Assembly (NCBI GenBank): GCA_964633445.1
Contig: CAZWFW010000001.1
Coordinates: 6,339-70,338, forward strand
Source of the DNA: Candidatus Undinarchaeota archaeon
GTDB lineage: Archaea; Undinarchaeota; CAZWFW01
Length of the DNA: 64,000 bases
Direction of reading: 5' to 3'
The translations under genes were made by a program, and so were the position numbers. Shown here piece by piece: positions 50,146 through 61,278 of the stretch (positions are counted from its first letter, which is position 1; every line of letters begins with the position of its first letter). The notes below the pieces were generated by a model. It made no database searches, was not told the origin of the DNA, and saw only the letters and a list, made by a program, of their open reading frames with translations.

Positions 50146-50528
50146 TTCTCTTTCTTGGGAATTAGCTCCTCAAGATTTCTCTTGCCTCTCTTAACAACAA
50201 CGGTATTTATTTGAACAATATCTTGAGATATTGTATTACCTCTTACTCTTTTTCTTCTCCTCATACCCCTCTCCTTAGGCCTATAACCTGGACCAGAAGT
50301 GAGCAAAACATATTTTACACCAGGCCCATTAATATCCTTACGCATCGGGAAACCATCTTTATCTGTTCCGCCAGTAATTTTTAGCTTATAACCAGCTAAG
50401 CCTAAAGGGGTAGCATCAAATTCTTGCCCTATTTTCATACCTATCAAAAATTTAGCTTTGTTCTCATCCACTTCAAGCTGATGTGCCTTACCGCTTTCGG
50501 GATCTGAGATAACTATTTTGAATACCAT
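50142..50528 (-). CDS. rps6e: 30S ribosomal protein S6e
   Basis: 128 aa. KIVISDPESGKAHQLEV..GKDGFPMRKDINGPGVKYVLLT is diagnostic for S6e. 4-nt overlap with eif2g. Confidence 0.85.
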   Translation of the reverse strand: MVFKIVISDPESGKAHQLEVDENKAKFLIGMKIGQEFDATPLGLAGYKLKITGGTDKDGFPMRKDINGPGVKYVLLTSGPGYRPKERGMRRRKRVRGNTISQDIVQINTVVVKRGKRNLEELIPKKEK

Positions 50529-50881
50529 CCTATATCACCACCTAAATTTTATAGACATTATTAATGTGGTCACAATTTTAATAAAATTATTCAATTCCAA
50601 AAAACTGTCAACTTACCCTAGCATAGAACAAGTTATACAAAACACAAGCAAAAATTCGTAAATCGCTTCAAATCTTTCAAAAAGCAATTATAAATCTCCC
50701 TTAGTTATGTGTCTCATCAAGAAAAATTTTGCATGTTGCATTCCTCAAAAGAATTTCATAATTTAACTAAATTTTTCAAAAGCATGATAGCATGACCCTC
50801 TATTGCAAAGAATTAGCTTTCTTTAAGGGCAATGTTAAGTTGACAAGTTGAAATCTCAAAGGTCTGTCCAGCAGCAAAAAA

Positions 50882-52621
50882 CTATACTCTTTCAATTTTT
50901 ATCCTCTTTATCTCGTTAAGCAATTCTTTTTCCTCGTCGCTTAACATATTTAGCAGTTTTTCCTCAATGATACTGATATCCCTGTCCTCAAGAAAAACAT
51001 AAAGCATATCTCCCTCATTTGCTTGTCTGCCAATTGTTAAACCCTCTACTGCAATCGCAACGCGCTTGCCTTTCTTTGCCTCTTTAATATTTTCACCATG
51101 CTCCTGCATGCTTTTCAGTCTTCCTACAATTCTTCCATCTTTTCTCATTAAATAACAATTTGGTTTTAGAGTTCCGCAAATCACCTCTATACCGAAAATT
51201 GCTGGCTTACTTTGCCTAAATATATAACCTGGTAGGATCTTTATCTTTGCTGGTAGTGTAGCCTTCAGTTTTTCAATCTCCTCTTTTTTAGCCTTTTCAA
51301 TCCACTTCTCGTAATCCTCCTTAAGCTTGTAAATAACATTGCTCAGGAAAATCTTTATTTTATAATCTTCAGCAAGCTTTTTAGCGTCTTCATTGACATA
51401 TACATTAAATCCAAAGATAACAGCTTTCAACGGATCCTCAGCCCTAACACTCTTAACCTCCATGATGTCAGCTCTTGAAATATTACCGACATCTGCCTTC
51501 CTTATAGGAACTACGCCCTCAAGTAGCTTTGTTAACGCTTCTAACGAGCCTAGAGTATCGGCTTTAACGATTGCCCCTATATTCTGCTTGTTAAATATTA
51601 TTTTAGCTATTTCCTTTTGAACATCTTTACATGCTTTATCAATGTCTTTTGCGACAATTAAAGGTGAACCAGCTAGTGCTTCCTCAATATTTTTTGCGAG
51701 AATCCTTATACCTGCCGCAGCGTAAGCTTCGTCAATTTTCCTAAATTTTCTCTCACTTTCTCTTAATTCGCTTAAAGGCTTAGGTTTAAGGATCGCCCTT
51801 ATTTTCGTTATTATTGGCCCTTGCTTACCAGCCAGAACGATCGTATCCCCTTGCTTAATATGCCCATCGTAGAGAATAACGTCTAGTGCGATTCCAGCAA
51901 GCGTCTTTTTAACGTCGAGCACAACACCTTTACCAGGGCCCTTGACCTCGATTTTTAGCTTATCCTCAAGATATTTTTGTGCTAAGCCAGTTAAAATCAT
52001 TAGCAACTCAGCAATACCCTCACCAGTTTTTGCTGAGATCGGCACGATGCATATCTGCTTTGTAAAATCAGTAACTCTGTCGAAGCGATCCGCATTAAAG
52101 TTATACTTTGCAAGCTCCTCAACAATCTTGTAAATTCTCTCCTCAAGCTTTGCTACAGCATCGTCTCTTTGATTTCTCAGGTTTTGTGTAAATGGTTCAT
52201 GGCTACTTTGCCAACCATCTATTAAATCAATTTTGTTTGCGGCAACAATAAAGGGAACTTTGTATTTTCTCAAAATTTCTACGCATTCAATTGTTTGGGG
52301 CTGAAAGCCTTGCACTATGTCAATTACCAAAATAGCTAAATCAGAAATTGATCCTCCTCTGGCTCTCAAATTTGTGAATGCCTCGTGTCCTGGCGTATCT
52401 ATGAAGAGCAATCCAGGTATTGTTATTTTTATTTTCAAAGTCTCTAACAATCCCTTGCAAATTTTTTTAATAGCACTTATTGGTATTTCAGTAGCTCCTA
52501 TATGCTGTGTTATACCTCCTGCCTCTTTTGCCGCAATTGCAGTTCCTCTAATTTTATCGAGTAGTGCTGTTTTTCCGTGATCTACATGCCCAAGCACTGT
52601 AATTATTGGCTGACGAATCAT
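50882..52621 (-). CDS. infB: translation initiation factor aIF5B (IF2 homolog)
   Basis: G1 VLGHVDHGKTALLD, DTPGHEAF, and NKID. 579 aa, colinear with aIF5B. No intein insertion. Confidence 0.9.
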   Translation of the reverse strand: MIRQPIITVLGHVDHGKTALLDKIRGTAIAAKEAGGITQHIGATEIPISAIKKICKGLLETLKIKITIPGLLFIDTPGHEAFTNLRARGGSISDLAILVIDIVQGFQPQTIECVEILRKYKVPFIVAANKIDLIDGWQSSHEPFTQNLRNQRDDAVAKLEERIYKIVEELAKYNFNADRFDRVTDFTKQICIVPISAKTGEGIAELLMILTGLAQKYLEDKLKIEVKGPGKGVVLDVKKTLAGIALDVILYDGHIKQGDTIVLAGKQGPIITKIRAILKPKPLSELRESERKFRKIDEAYAAAGIRILAKNIEEALAGSPLIVAKDIDKACKDVQKEIAKIIFNKQNIGAIVKADTLGSLEALTKLLEGVVPIRKADVGNISRADIMEVKSVRAEDPLKAVIFGFNVYVNEDAKKLAEDYKIKIFLSNVIYKLKEDYEKWIEKAKKEEIEKLKATLPAKIKILPGYIFRQSKPAIFGIEVICGTLKPNCYLMRKDGRIVGRLKSMQEHGENIKEAKKGKRVAIAVEGLTIGRQANEGDMLYVFLEDRDISIIEEKLLNMLSDEEKELLNEIKRIKIERV

Positions 52622-52690
52622 ATTAGATTAAACTTAGGGGTTTATTTATAAAAAACTTCAAACTAAATTTATCAGCAGGAGAATATTAGC

Positions 52691-55600
52691 CTAAAATAAT
52701 CTAAGTGCCCTGCACCTTGAGAAATAGGCGAGTGCCAGAATAACAGCTAAAATAATTGCATAAGTGTTTATACCACTTGCAATCTTAATCGTTACGGGAA
52801 TCCAAGGAGTCACTTGAACGTCCTCCACTATATCAACACTTATTGATTTTTCAGGATAATCACATATATCGCCATAAGGGCCTTTTTCACAAACTTTAAT
52901 TCCAATAGTGTCAGTACCAGCCTGTGCACCCAATAGAGTAATAGTAACTTTAATTTCGCTAAAACCTTTTACATTCTGTATGCAGAACTCAGAAATACCA
53001 CACTTAAAGATGCCTGATCCTGTATCAGGATCAGCTCCTGAAACATCCTCTATTTTAACATTACCTTTGTTTATGTCTATGGTTATCGTAATATTTCTTT
53101 CCTCCTTTAATCTTTTACCTATTTTTAGCAGAATTTCTCTATCTTGACCCAAAGGGATTTCTACTTTAGTCTGGGAAATAGCAGCAGATATGCAAGCGCC
53201 ACATCCACTATTTATTCCGCAATCTACATCCTCCTCATTGCAAATGTTATCATCCTTAATATTATTCTCGCAATGATTATCGTACCAAGTTCCATTTAAG
53301 CAAACCCCTCCTTCATATATATGGCACCAGTTATCTGTTGGCTTGTCGCAGCATTTGTTAAAGTTAATATCCGTGTTATATGGAGAGTCATCATCCCAGT
53401 GATGTCCAAAGGCTTCGCAGATTGCCGAGTCCAGCTCTTTCTCATATTCGCTTCCCCAATATATCTTTCCAGCTGACGAATTATATCTCGATCCAGTTAG
53501 GTTAACGCATGCATATTTGGTGCCATTATATACAGTAACAATTTCATTCAAATCTTTTTCTTTAACAAAATTACTCTCATCAGAGCTCACGTCAAAGTAA
53601 CACTTGTATACATAAGATTGAGTACCTTCGTCAGAATCTGAACCATAACCAGATGTTATCGTATCGTTACCTGGGCAGAGGTAGCAGTTGTAGCAAAGAG
53701 ATGGCGTATCTGTTGCATTTACTCTCCAAATCTCGTTTAGTTTACATGATTTGTAAACAGTTATGGAATGCTTACTTTCCTCCTCACCAAAAGTACCATC
53801 CGTGCTTAATATGCTTAACCTTGTTTTAAGTTCAGATTGATTAACAATACCATCACCATTTTCGTCTGCTGTAAATGGTAGGTCTTCAACTTCACCAACA
53901 CCACAGTGAGCTACCTCATAAAACCCTCCTCTACTTCTTTTTATGCATTTATCGAAATTATAAAGGCATTCTGCTAAAGTTAGTGGTTCCAGATCTTGAA
54001 AGCTTGCATATGCCCACGCTTGACTGCAGTTATAAGAAATTTGCTCGGTTATGTTAAGTGATACTGTGAGGTCATCCAACCATGATAAAGCAAGATCCAA
54101 CTTTATGTCTGCAATCTGGTTAATCTTAATAGTTAGATCTCCAACAAGATCGTTTTCCCAGCCTATTGTGAGATTTAATGTGATGTTGGCCAAATCCTTA
54201 TTTACAGGAGAAACTTCTATAGAGTTAACACTCTCGGATGCTACACTTGGCACATATCCCTCGCAAAGGGAATATTTTTTCTCAATTTCATCTTTTAACT
54301 TGCTTTTAATTTGGGAATCAGTTACAACGCCTTTATTTTTAATATCATTGTAAACAGTGTTGTAGTTTGTGTAGTCCTCAGCATAATTCTCAAATTCAGT
54401 GGAATTCATACCGAATATTTCAGTAGTATTTATATCTGAAAGATTCATCATTATATTAAAGGTTTCAGTTGGTAGTGGTGAAGGAAGACTTGCAGAAACG
54501 CTTTCTATACCTCCATCTACGCCGCATTTACTCTTTATTAATGCTTCAAAAGATTTCCAATTTGAATTTATATCATTAGCTAGCTCAGTAGCATTGCAAT
54601 AACCCCAGTCAGTTGCTATGAACCCACAAATTTTTGTTACTTCGTAATACGTGTCTGGTGTAACAGCTATGTTAGCTGGTGGTTTTTCAACATAGAATAT
54701 TGGGTTATACGAGGGGCAAACACTTGGACTTATATAACCAAGGGAGGTTAGTTTGTTAATCAGTTTTTGCTTTAGAACAGTTTTATCTATATAACCAGAA
54801 GAATTTAGTTCATCAAAAGTCTCATTATAATTTACAGGATTTTCGGCATAAGTCTTGAACTCGGAGGCACTTAAGCCAAATAGTTTTGTTACGTTAACAT
54901 CATCTAAAGTTAATAGAACATTAAAAGATGTATATCCTGCAGGAACATTTGCTTGGACATCCTTAATATTTTCCTCCTTAACACCACACTCGGTAGCAAT
55001 GGCACTTTTAAAACTCTGCCAATTACCATTTATATCATTAGCTAAACTATAAGCATCACAATAACCACTCCAACTGCTACTTGTTGCTATAGAAACGCAT
55101 GAGGAGTATTGAGTTACAGTTAATTCACATTCTGTAATATTTGGAGGCACTTCATGCTGTCCTAGGACAAATGATTCGGAAAAATAAATATCTCCAACTC
55201 TTTTTGGACCCTCTGTCTCGGTAGGAACATAAATACCTTTGGCTGTAAGATTTACCCAACCAGGAATTCCCCCACTTCTACCAATCTCAACAGTCTTGTT
55301 AATAGCTTCTATGAGCGCTCTTCTCCATGCCCAACTTTTATACCCTTTACCTATCAATTTTAGCGTATAATTTTTCCTAAAAACTTGCTGTTCAGGAATT
55401 GTAAAATTTTCCAGAATTCCGGTATTACCTGCAGTAAGATTTAAGCTTTGATGAGCAACAAATATACCATATTCAGTGCTTAAAACATTACTGCCATCTA
55501 AAAGGCTTGCATTAACTCCTAACATTGGAATTCTGTCTACACAAGCTTCTATAAATGCTGAGAAAGTGACAGTGACATTCTCACCGGAACGCCATATATT

Positions 55601-57562
55601 GTTTGCATCTCTTATCCCAGGGTTGCTTAATCCAAGAGATAAACTATCAATTGATGTTAAATTTAAACCAATACGTGACAATTCTTTTTCTAAAACATTT
55701 TCTCGAAGCTCTCCAATAACTCTACACATTGGACAAATCCATCCTCCCGAAATTGTAAGTGTGGAACTGGACCCAGAAGTAAGTGAGCAACCCCCACTGA
55801 AAGGATTGCAACCTTCAGAAGGGATGGTATAGGATACTATGCATGGCTGCGTTACGGTTGTGCTACCTGCCTCATTTTTATATTCCCATTTACATTGGGG
55901 AGGATCACACCATGTTCCATATTGTACACATCTCCTACAACTTTCAGCAGCCTTTATTTCAGTTTTCTCAACTGGATGGGGGCAAAAACTTAAGGAAGCT
56001 GCACCAAAACTACAACTTGCATTTTTATATAAGCTTAATGGCTGGTATAGCGTTGTTGTTTCTCCTCCACTACAACATGGCCAAGGATTACTTGGAGAAT
56101 AAAGACATCTCGCACATTCCGAGGTACAACATCCTGCGTATGCAAATTTCGTATTAAGAAACAAAGTGAATAAGAGTAGAACGATTGGAAGGTATTCCTT
56201 CCTTCTAAAGAACTTGAAGAATAACATCGTTGCTAATATAATGGTTAGAGCTACTAAAATATATACTTTGTTCGACTTCTTAACTTCAACTTTTTCCCCA
56301 AAACCTGGAGTTTCCTCACCAGTTTCTTTTGCAGGCATGAAGCTTATGCAATCCATACAATTAAGTTTTTTCTCAAAATCATCGCAAATTCCATCATCAA
56401 AGCATTGATTGGCATTCAAATATTTGACTCTCCCATCCTCAGCAAGTATTATCTCAGGTTCTAAATCATAATACTCTATTTGCTCTTCATCAAAAACACG
56501 ACCATCTTTTCCTAATTTTACAACAACCTTATATTTCAACAAATCTTCTTTGGCTCTAAATTTGAACGTAAAACTTTCTGGTTTAAAAGTAAGGTCTATT
56601 GTCTTATTCTCACTAAACACCTCCTCATTATTCCTATAGATTTCAAGCAAAAGATATGCATTGCTGACAATTGATTTATCTGCAGGCCCTACAACCGTAA
56701 CGTTAATTTCAACTTCATCACCTTTTTTATAGACGTCCTTCTTATTTTCAATACTTAGTATTGTGCCACCTTCACCCATGATAACAGCTCTGCATTCGCT
56801 CGTAGCTAATAAATTGTTCTGCAAATCGTAAATCTCTATAACAACTCTATAAGTTCCTGGGATTGTTATGCTAATAGGAATCTCAATAACTTTTCTAGCA
56901 TTACCTTCTAGCTCTCCAATATCAACCTCCTTCTCAAAGATAACATTGCCAGAGTAAGTACCAATCGCTTTTACTAATCCCTTTACTTTTATGCTAAAAG
57001 GATTTTTATTTATTAAGGGAGCGATTAGACGAATTTCGGCTGATGGTGGTATTTCTCTCCCCCAATCTGAATAGGAATACCATACAATTCTCCTGACAAT
57101 TGTGTCTGAGCGTTGAATTTGAATAACTTTTAAATAAACAGTTTTCTCAAATGAAACCTTTGGTAAGGTTGCAATGTCGCTTAAGTTCACATCACTTGAT
57201 AACCATGTAAGAGGCTTTCCAAACTCGTATACTTTGCAATATACCTTATAATTATCTCTTGGAAGTTTCTCTGGTAGTGTTAAGCTAAAACTTAAATCTT
57301 TTACCTCTCTTGAATCTAGAAGCACTGTCTCAGTATTTCTTGCGAAGATGCTGGAATCAGATCCTGCAAGAATGACCTCAACGTTAAATTTCTTTACGAC
57401 GTATTCCGTATTAGCAACTCTTACAGAAACATCTAAAGCATTACCTACATTCTCAGCTTCACATTGAAGCAAAGTAACACAATTTGCCACATTTAATATA
57501 ACAAGCTGTGCTAGGCAAATAATAAAAAAAACCTTAAAATTTTTCAATCCTCGCCTAACCAT
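52691..57562 (-). CDS. giant cysteine-rich surface protein (signal peptide, Ig/CARDB-like beta domains, internal TM/second signal-like segment, tandem about 115-aa repeats, C-terminal TM anchor)
   Basis: 1623 aa with an N-terminal signal. There are more than 60 Cys residues concentrated in two regions. An internal hydrophobic pair lies around aa 432-480. Duplicated modules [29 protein letters not shown] / [29 protein letters not shown]. The C-terminal [17 protein letters not shown] is a TM anchor. Confidence 0.65.
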   Translation of the reverse strand: MVRRGLKNFKVFFIICLAQLVILNVANCVTLLQCEAENVGNALDVSVRVANTEYVVKKFNVEVILAGSDSSIFARNTETVLLDSREVKDLSFSLTLPEKLPRDNYKVYCKVYEFGKPLTWLSSDVNLSDIATLPKVSFEKTVYLKVIQIQRSDTIVRRIVWYSYSDWGREIPPSAEIRLIAPLINKNPFSIKVKGLVKAIGTYSGNVIFEKEVDIGELEGNARKVIEIPISITIPGTYRVVIEIYDLQNNLLATSECRAVIMGEGGTILSIENKKDVYKKGDEVEINVTVVGPADKSIVSNAYLLLEIYRNNEEVFSENKTIDLTFKPESFTFKFRAKEDLLKYKVVVKLGKDGRVFDEEQIEYYDLEPEIILAEDGRVKYLNANQCFDDGICDDFEKKLNCMDCISFMPAKETGEETPGFGEKVEVKKSNKVYILVALTIILATMLFFKFFRRKEYLPIVLLLFTLFLNTKFAYAGCCTSECARCLYSPSNPWPCCSGGETTTLYQPLSLYKNASCSFGAASLSFCPHPVEKTEIKAAESCRRCVQYGTWCDPPQCKWEYKNEAGSTTVTQPCIVSYTIPSEGCNPFSGGCSLTSGSSSTLTISGGWICPMCRVIGELRENVLEKELSRIGLNLTSIDSLSLGLSNPGIRDANNIWRSGENVTVTFSAFIEACVDRIPMLGVNASLLDGSNVLSTEYGIFVAHQSLNLTAGNTGILENFTIPEQQVFRKNYTLKLIGKGYKSWAWRRALIEAINKTVEIGRSGGIPGWVNLTAKGIYVPTETEGPKRVGDIYFSESFVLGQHEVPPNITECELTVTQYSSCVSIATSSSWSGYCDAYSLANDINGNWQSFKSAIATECGVKEENIKDVQANVPAGYTSFNVLLTLDDVNVTKLFGLSASEFKTYAENPVNYNETFDELNSSGYIDKTVLKQKLINKLTSLGYISPSVCPSYNPIFYVEKPPANIAVTPDTYYEVTKICGFIATDWGYCNATELANDINSNWKSFEALIKSKCGVDGGIESVSASLPSPLPTETFNIMMNLSDINTTEIFGMNSTEFENYAEDYTNYNTVYNDIKNKGVVTDSQIKSKLKDEIEKKYSLCEGYVPSVASESVNSIEVSPVNKDLANITLNLTIGWENDLVGDLTIKINQIADIKLDLALSWLDDLTVSLNITEQISYNCSQAWAYASFQDLEPLTLAECLYNFDKCIKRSRGGFYEVAHCGVGEVEDLPFTADENGDGIVNQSELKTRLSILSTDGTFGEEESKHSITVYKSCKLNEIWRVNATDTPSLCYNCYLCPGNDTITSGYGSDSDEGTQSYVYKCYFDVSSDESNFVKEKDLNEIVTVYNGTKYACVNLTGSRYNSSAGKIYWGSEYEKELDSAICEAFGHHWDDDSPYNTDINFNKCCDKPTDNWCHIYEGGVCLNGTWYDNHCENNIKDDNICNEEDVDCGINSGCGACISAAISQTKVEIPLGQDREILLKIGKRLKEERNITITIDINKGNVKIEDVSGADPDTGSGIFKCGISEFCIQNVKGFSEIKVTITLLGAQAGTDTIGIKVCEKGPYGDICDYPEKSISVDIVEDVQVTPWIPVTIKIASGINTYAIILAVILALAYFSRCRALRLF

Positions 57563-57999
57563 TCCTCATCACATCTCCTATAATCATATATTTCATTATC
57601 ATTAAAATAAATTCTTATTTCTCTTTCAGCTGTTTTTCTTGAATCAGAAGCATGAACAATATTATTTGGCAAGCCTATTGCAAAATCTCCTCTTATACTA
57701 CCTGGTAAAGCTTCCCTAGGATTTGTTGCGCCTACAAGATTTCTAACAACTTTAATAGCCTCCTTACCCTCAACAACCATAACAACGCTGGGGGCTGAGG
57801 TTATATATTTTATTAAACCTTCATAAAATGGTTTGCCTTTATGCATCTCATATTGCTTCTCCGCAAGCCTTTTATTAATCCAAATCATCTTCATTGCAAC
57901 GATTTTAAGCCCTTTTTTCTCAATTCTTTTAACAACCTCTCCAACTAGCCCCCTAACAACACCATCTGGTTTTACTATAACAAGTGTTTTTTCGATCAT
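57544..57999 (-). CDS. ndk: nucleoside-diphosphate kinase
   Basis: [21 protein letters not shown], the active-site His in NIVHASDS, and YFNDNE. I place the start at the internal MIEKTL, which gives 151 aa. Confidence 0.85.
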   Translation of the reverse strand: MIEKTLVIVKPDGVVRGLVGEVVKRIEKKGLKIVAMKMIWINKRLAEKQYEMHKGKPFYEGLIKYITSAPSVVMVVEGKEAIKVVRNLVGATNPREALPGSIRGDFAIGLPNNIVHASDSRKTAEREIRIYFNDNEIYDYRRCDEEWLGED

Positions 58000-58049
58000 G
58001 CTATATTTTATGATAGTAAAGCAGAAATTTATATCATAAAGCATGATAC

Positions 58050-58676
58050 ATGAACATTGAGAAAATTATAGATGCTCTAAAGGAAGCAAGAATTTGTGAG
58101 AAGTTGCCTTCCGAGAGATACAAGGATCCGTTCAAAGTTTTGGTTTCTGCCTTTCTTAGCACGAGAACCAAAGATGAGGTTACTGAGCAAGCTACCAAAA
58201 AACTTTTCAAAGTTGTTAATAATCCTGAGGATTTGCTTAAGCTTGATGTTGAGCAAATCGAAAAGCTAATCTATCCCGTTGGGTTTTATAAGGTTAAGGC
58301 TAGAAGGCTGAAAGAACTTGCCGAACAAATTTGCAAAGAGTTCAATGGCAAGGTGCCAGATAATTTTAATGATCTAATAAAACTTAAAGGTGTTGGAAGG
58401 AAAGTAGCGAATGTTGTTTTAGCTTACGCTTTTAACAAAGATGTTATAGCTGTAGATACTCATGTGCATAGAGTCGCTAACAGGCTCGGTATTGTTAACG
58501 CAAAAACTCCAGAAGAAACTGAGAAAGCGTTAAAAAATGTAGTACCAAGAAGATTTTGGAAAGATATAAATCATCTGTTTGTTAACTTTGGAAAGAAAGT
58601 TTGCAAACCAGTTAAGCCGAATTGCAAAGCCTGTCCAATAAGGAAATTTTGCAACCTTTCACAGCATCCAAAATGA
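58050..58676 (+). CDS. nth: endonuclease III (HhH-GPD DNA glycosylase with [4Fe-4S] cluster)
   Basis: Hh[20 protein letters not shown] with the catalytic Asp in VDTHVHRV. Cys ligands [17 protein letters not shown]. Confidence 0.85.
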   Translation: MNIEKIIDALKEARICEKLPSERYKDPFKVLVSAFLSTRTKDEVTEQATKKLFKVVNNPEDLLKLDVEQIEKLIYPVGFYKVKARRLKELAEQICKEFNGKVPDNFNDLIKLKGVGRKVANVVLAYAFNKDVIAVDTHVHRVANRLGIVNAKTPEETEKALKNVVPRRFWKDINHLFVNFGKKVCKPVKPNCKACPIRKFCNLSQHPK

Positions 58677-58800
58677 GAATTTTTCAACATTCTCTACCAT
58701 TCTTTCTGAGTTTTTGCTGTAAGTGGTGGGAATGTAATCCACTTTACAGTGGTTACTCTGAAACACTTTAAAACTTTTATGTTAATTAAAATTTAAGTGG

Positions 58801-61278
58801 ATGCTAAAGATGATAAGTGCAAACGCCATTCCCAAAATATTTAAGGGAAAACTTGGTGTTGTTATAGTTGTGGTATTTTTAGTAATTTTAGTTGGTCTCT
58901 TAATTCACCATACAACTGTCTCGAATGTCTCTAACGCATCCTCAACTGAGGAGGTAGGTCAGGAAACGCCGTCTCCTGAATCATCTCCCGAAATAACTAA
59001 AGAAATTGAGGAGGAAATTAAGAAAGAGGAAGAACTTGAGGAGTCTGACAAAAGCCCTCCAGAGATTTTTGTGAAGTTATCTAAGGAAAAGGTTAAAAAA
59101 GGAGATACTGTTGACATTGAGGTTACAGCAAGAGACGAGTCTGGAGTTGCTAGTGTTGTTGCGGAGGTTGAAACTGAGGGAACCTTCAATTTACAACTTG
59201 CTGAGGGTAGTGAATATAGTGGTATATGGAGGGCCTCATTTGTCATTGTTTCCGATTTGGAGAAGGATAAGAAGTATAAGATAGTTATTAAAGCATTTGA
59301 TAGAAGAGGAAATTTGGCCGTAAAAACTTTGGAATACTACGATCCAGTTACCAAAATTGTGATACCTAGAGCTGATGATGATATGAACTATCAAACCCAG
59401 GACTCAGATTGTTCATCGAATCCTGAATATAAATATTATACTTGCAGCAATTGCGATGAAAATGATATTCCTGGTTGGTATATGCTTAGCTATGATGATT
59501 CCTCATGGCCAACGGGCTACGCACCTTTTGGTCAACCTGCTTGGGGAGAATGCACTCAAGCCTTAACTTCAGCTCCAGATGATTTGTTTGTAAGGAAGTG
59601 GTTCTTTATTCCTGGCACTCCTCAAGGCGCTACATTAAGATTGAGTTATGATGATGGGATTAAATGCTACATTAATGAGAATGTTGTAATTAATGTTATA
59701 AGCGAAGCTCATGGCCCTTCATATTGGAATAGGCAAGTTACTATATCTAGCTCTGTTTTGAAGTCTGGCCAAAATCTTTTAACTTGTTGGGTTGCTAATG
59801 GTGGTGAGAATAGTGGCAGTGGAGGAGGCTGGCTTGATTTAGAGCTAGAAGTTACTTATGAACCTATATATATAACGAATGTTACAGTTGAAACAGATAA
59901 ACAAGCCTACGATCCTGGTGATGACGTCAACATAACTGTTACAGTCTTCTCGGACTCCACAAGACTAAGCAACGTTCCCGTTACCATAAAGATCTATGAT
60001 CCAGACGAAAAAATTGTTTTAGATAAACAAGCGGTAACTGATAACAACGGTGAAGTGAAACTCACATATACTTTACCTGTCGATGCGAAGTGGGGTGTTT
60101 ACGTAATTAATGCTACTGCTGAAATGGAAAATACATTCAGCACAATTAAAAAATTTGGTGTTGGTCCAGCTGTTGATATATTTGACATAAAAACAACTCC
60201 TCAAAAGGTTAAGGCACCTGCTAATGTTACAATAACTGCAGACATTTCAAATATAGGTAGCATGAACCTTAGCAATTTGGTTGTTGAAACAAAGATTATT
60301 GGAGGGTCATGGTTTGATGCTTCGTGGAATTACAGAGTACCTATAACAATAACCGAGCAAAGTGGGAATGTTTTGACAGACTATCAAGTTCTGGTTACTT
60401 TAGATACCGCTTCTTTGATTTCAGCAGGGAAAATGCGAAGTGATTGCGGAGATATAAGGTTTGCTGACTCAAATGGAAATACATTAAGCTATTGGATAGA
60501 GTCTGGTTGTGGTTCAGCTAATACAAAAATCTGGATAAAAGTTCCAGAGATTATGGCTAATAAGAATACAACAATTTATGTTTACTATGGGAATCCTAAC
60601 GCAGAAAGTATGAGTAATGGAAATGATGTATTTTTAGACTATGAAGAAACACTTTACTGTCAAGGTTCAACTGCTTCAGGGGGATGTTATGTAACGTTCT
60701 CTCTTTCTAATGAAAAATTTGCTCCTTATCAATCTTCAGGCTATGGTGTATTAGATTGGAAAATGGCTGGAGACTTTAATTCCGGAGGAAGTTATTCATC
60801 CTCGGGCTGTAGCTGTGTCTCAGAAAGCTATGAAAGAGCAAGATTATGTGCAGATTCAACTACTTGTTCAGATACTCATCCAAATTGTCTTGGATGCTAC
60901 TCAACTGGATATCAAGATTGTACGCTGCGCTCTCCTTCTGGCTTCCCAAAGGATGTTAGCAGCTATATAATAGATAAAACTTCTGTGTCTTTTGCAACAG
61001 ACACTACGAATGAAGTAAACTATAATCCTGGCTGTGGTTATTATTACAAATTTGAGTTTCATTTGAAAGCTAAAACTCGCAAGTATGTCTCTCCAGAACC
61101 AACAACAAGTGTAGGTGATGAGGAAACTTTAAGCTCTGTAATACTGGCATCACTTTCAAAAACAATCTCAAGCTTAGCAGTAGGCCAAACAATAAATGAT
61201 TTCCAATTAGGTAAAGTAGATGTTGACTGCTGGGATGTAGGGAATTATAACATAGTCATAACCGTTAAGCAAGGATGA
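58801..61278 (+). CDS. secreted/membrane-anchored protein containing a DUF2341 domain and Cys-rich C-terminal region
   Basis: N-terminal TM LGVVIVVVFLVILVGLLI and an acidic/Ser-rich linker. SWNYRVPITITEQSGNVLTDYQVLVTLDTASL...CGDIRFADSNGNTLSYWIESG...KIWIKVPEIMANKNTTIYVYYGNPNA matches the DUF2341 consensus. Confidence 0.6.
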   Translation: MLKMISANAIPKIFKGKLGVVIVVVFLVILVGLLIHHTTVSNVSNASSTEEVGQETPSPESSPEITKEIEEEIKKEEELEESDKSPPEIFVKLSKEKVKKGDTVDIEVTARDESGVASVVAEVETEGTFNLQLAEGSEYSGIWRASFVIVSDLEKDKKYKIVIKAFDRRGNLAVKTLEYYDPVTKIVIPRADDDMNYQTQDSDCSSNPEYKYYTCSNCDENDIPGWYMLSYDDSSWPTGYAPFGQPAWGECTQALTSAPDDLFVRKWFFIPGTPQGATLRLSYDDGIKCYINENVVINVISEAHGPSYWNRQVTISSSVLKSGQNLLTCWVANGGENSGSGGGWLDLELEVTYEPIYITNVTVETDKQAYDPGDDVNITVTVFSDSTRLSNVPVTIKIYDPDEKIVLDKQAVTDNNGEVKLTYTLPVDAKWGVYVINATAEMENTFSTIKKFGVGPAVDIFDIKTTPQKVKAPANVTITADISNIGSMNLSNLVVETKIIGGSWFDASWNYRVPITITEQSGNVLTDYQVLVTLDTASLISAGKMRSDCGDIRFADSNGNTLSYWIESGCGSANTKIWIKVPEIMANKNTTIYVYYGNPNAESMSNGNDVFLDYEETLYCQGSTASGGCYVTFSLSNEKFAPYQSSGYGVLDWKMAGDFNSGGSYSSSGCSCVSESYERARLCADSTTCSDTHPNCLGCYSTGYQDCTLRSPSGFPKDVSSYIIDKTSVSFATDTTNEVNYNPGCGYYYKFEFHLKAKTRKYVSPEPTTSVGDEETLSSVILASLSKTISSLAVGQTINDFQLGKVDVDCWDVGNYNIVITVKQG

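Noticed and set aside
50882-52621. Intein in aIF5B (and aIF2-gamma), checked because reverse gyrase carries one and some Methanococcales have an IF2 intein
   Set aside because: Both proteins are colinear with canonical G-domain proteins (579 aa and 406 aa). No Cys/Ser-initiated insertion and no HN-terminated block are present.
52908-56408. Nine 60-118-aa plus-strand ORFs inside the giant minus-strand surface-protein gene
   Set aside because: They lie antisense to a long continuous ORF with a coherent domain and repeat structure. The translations are low complexity.
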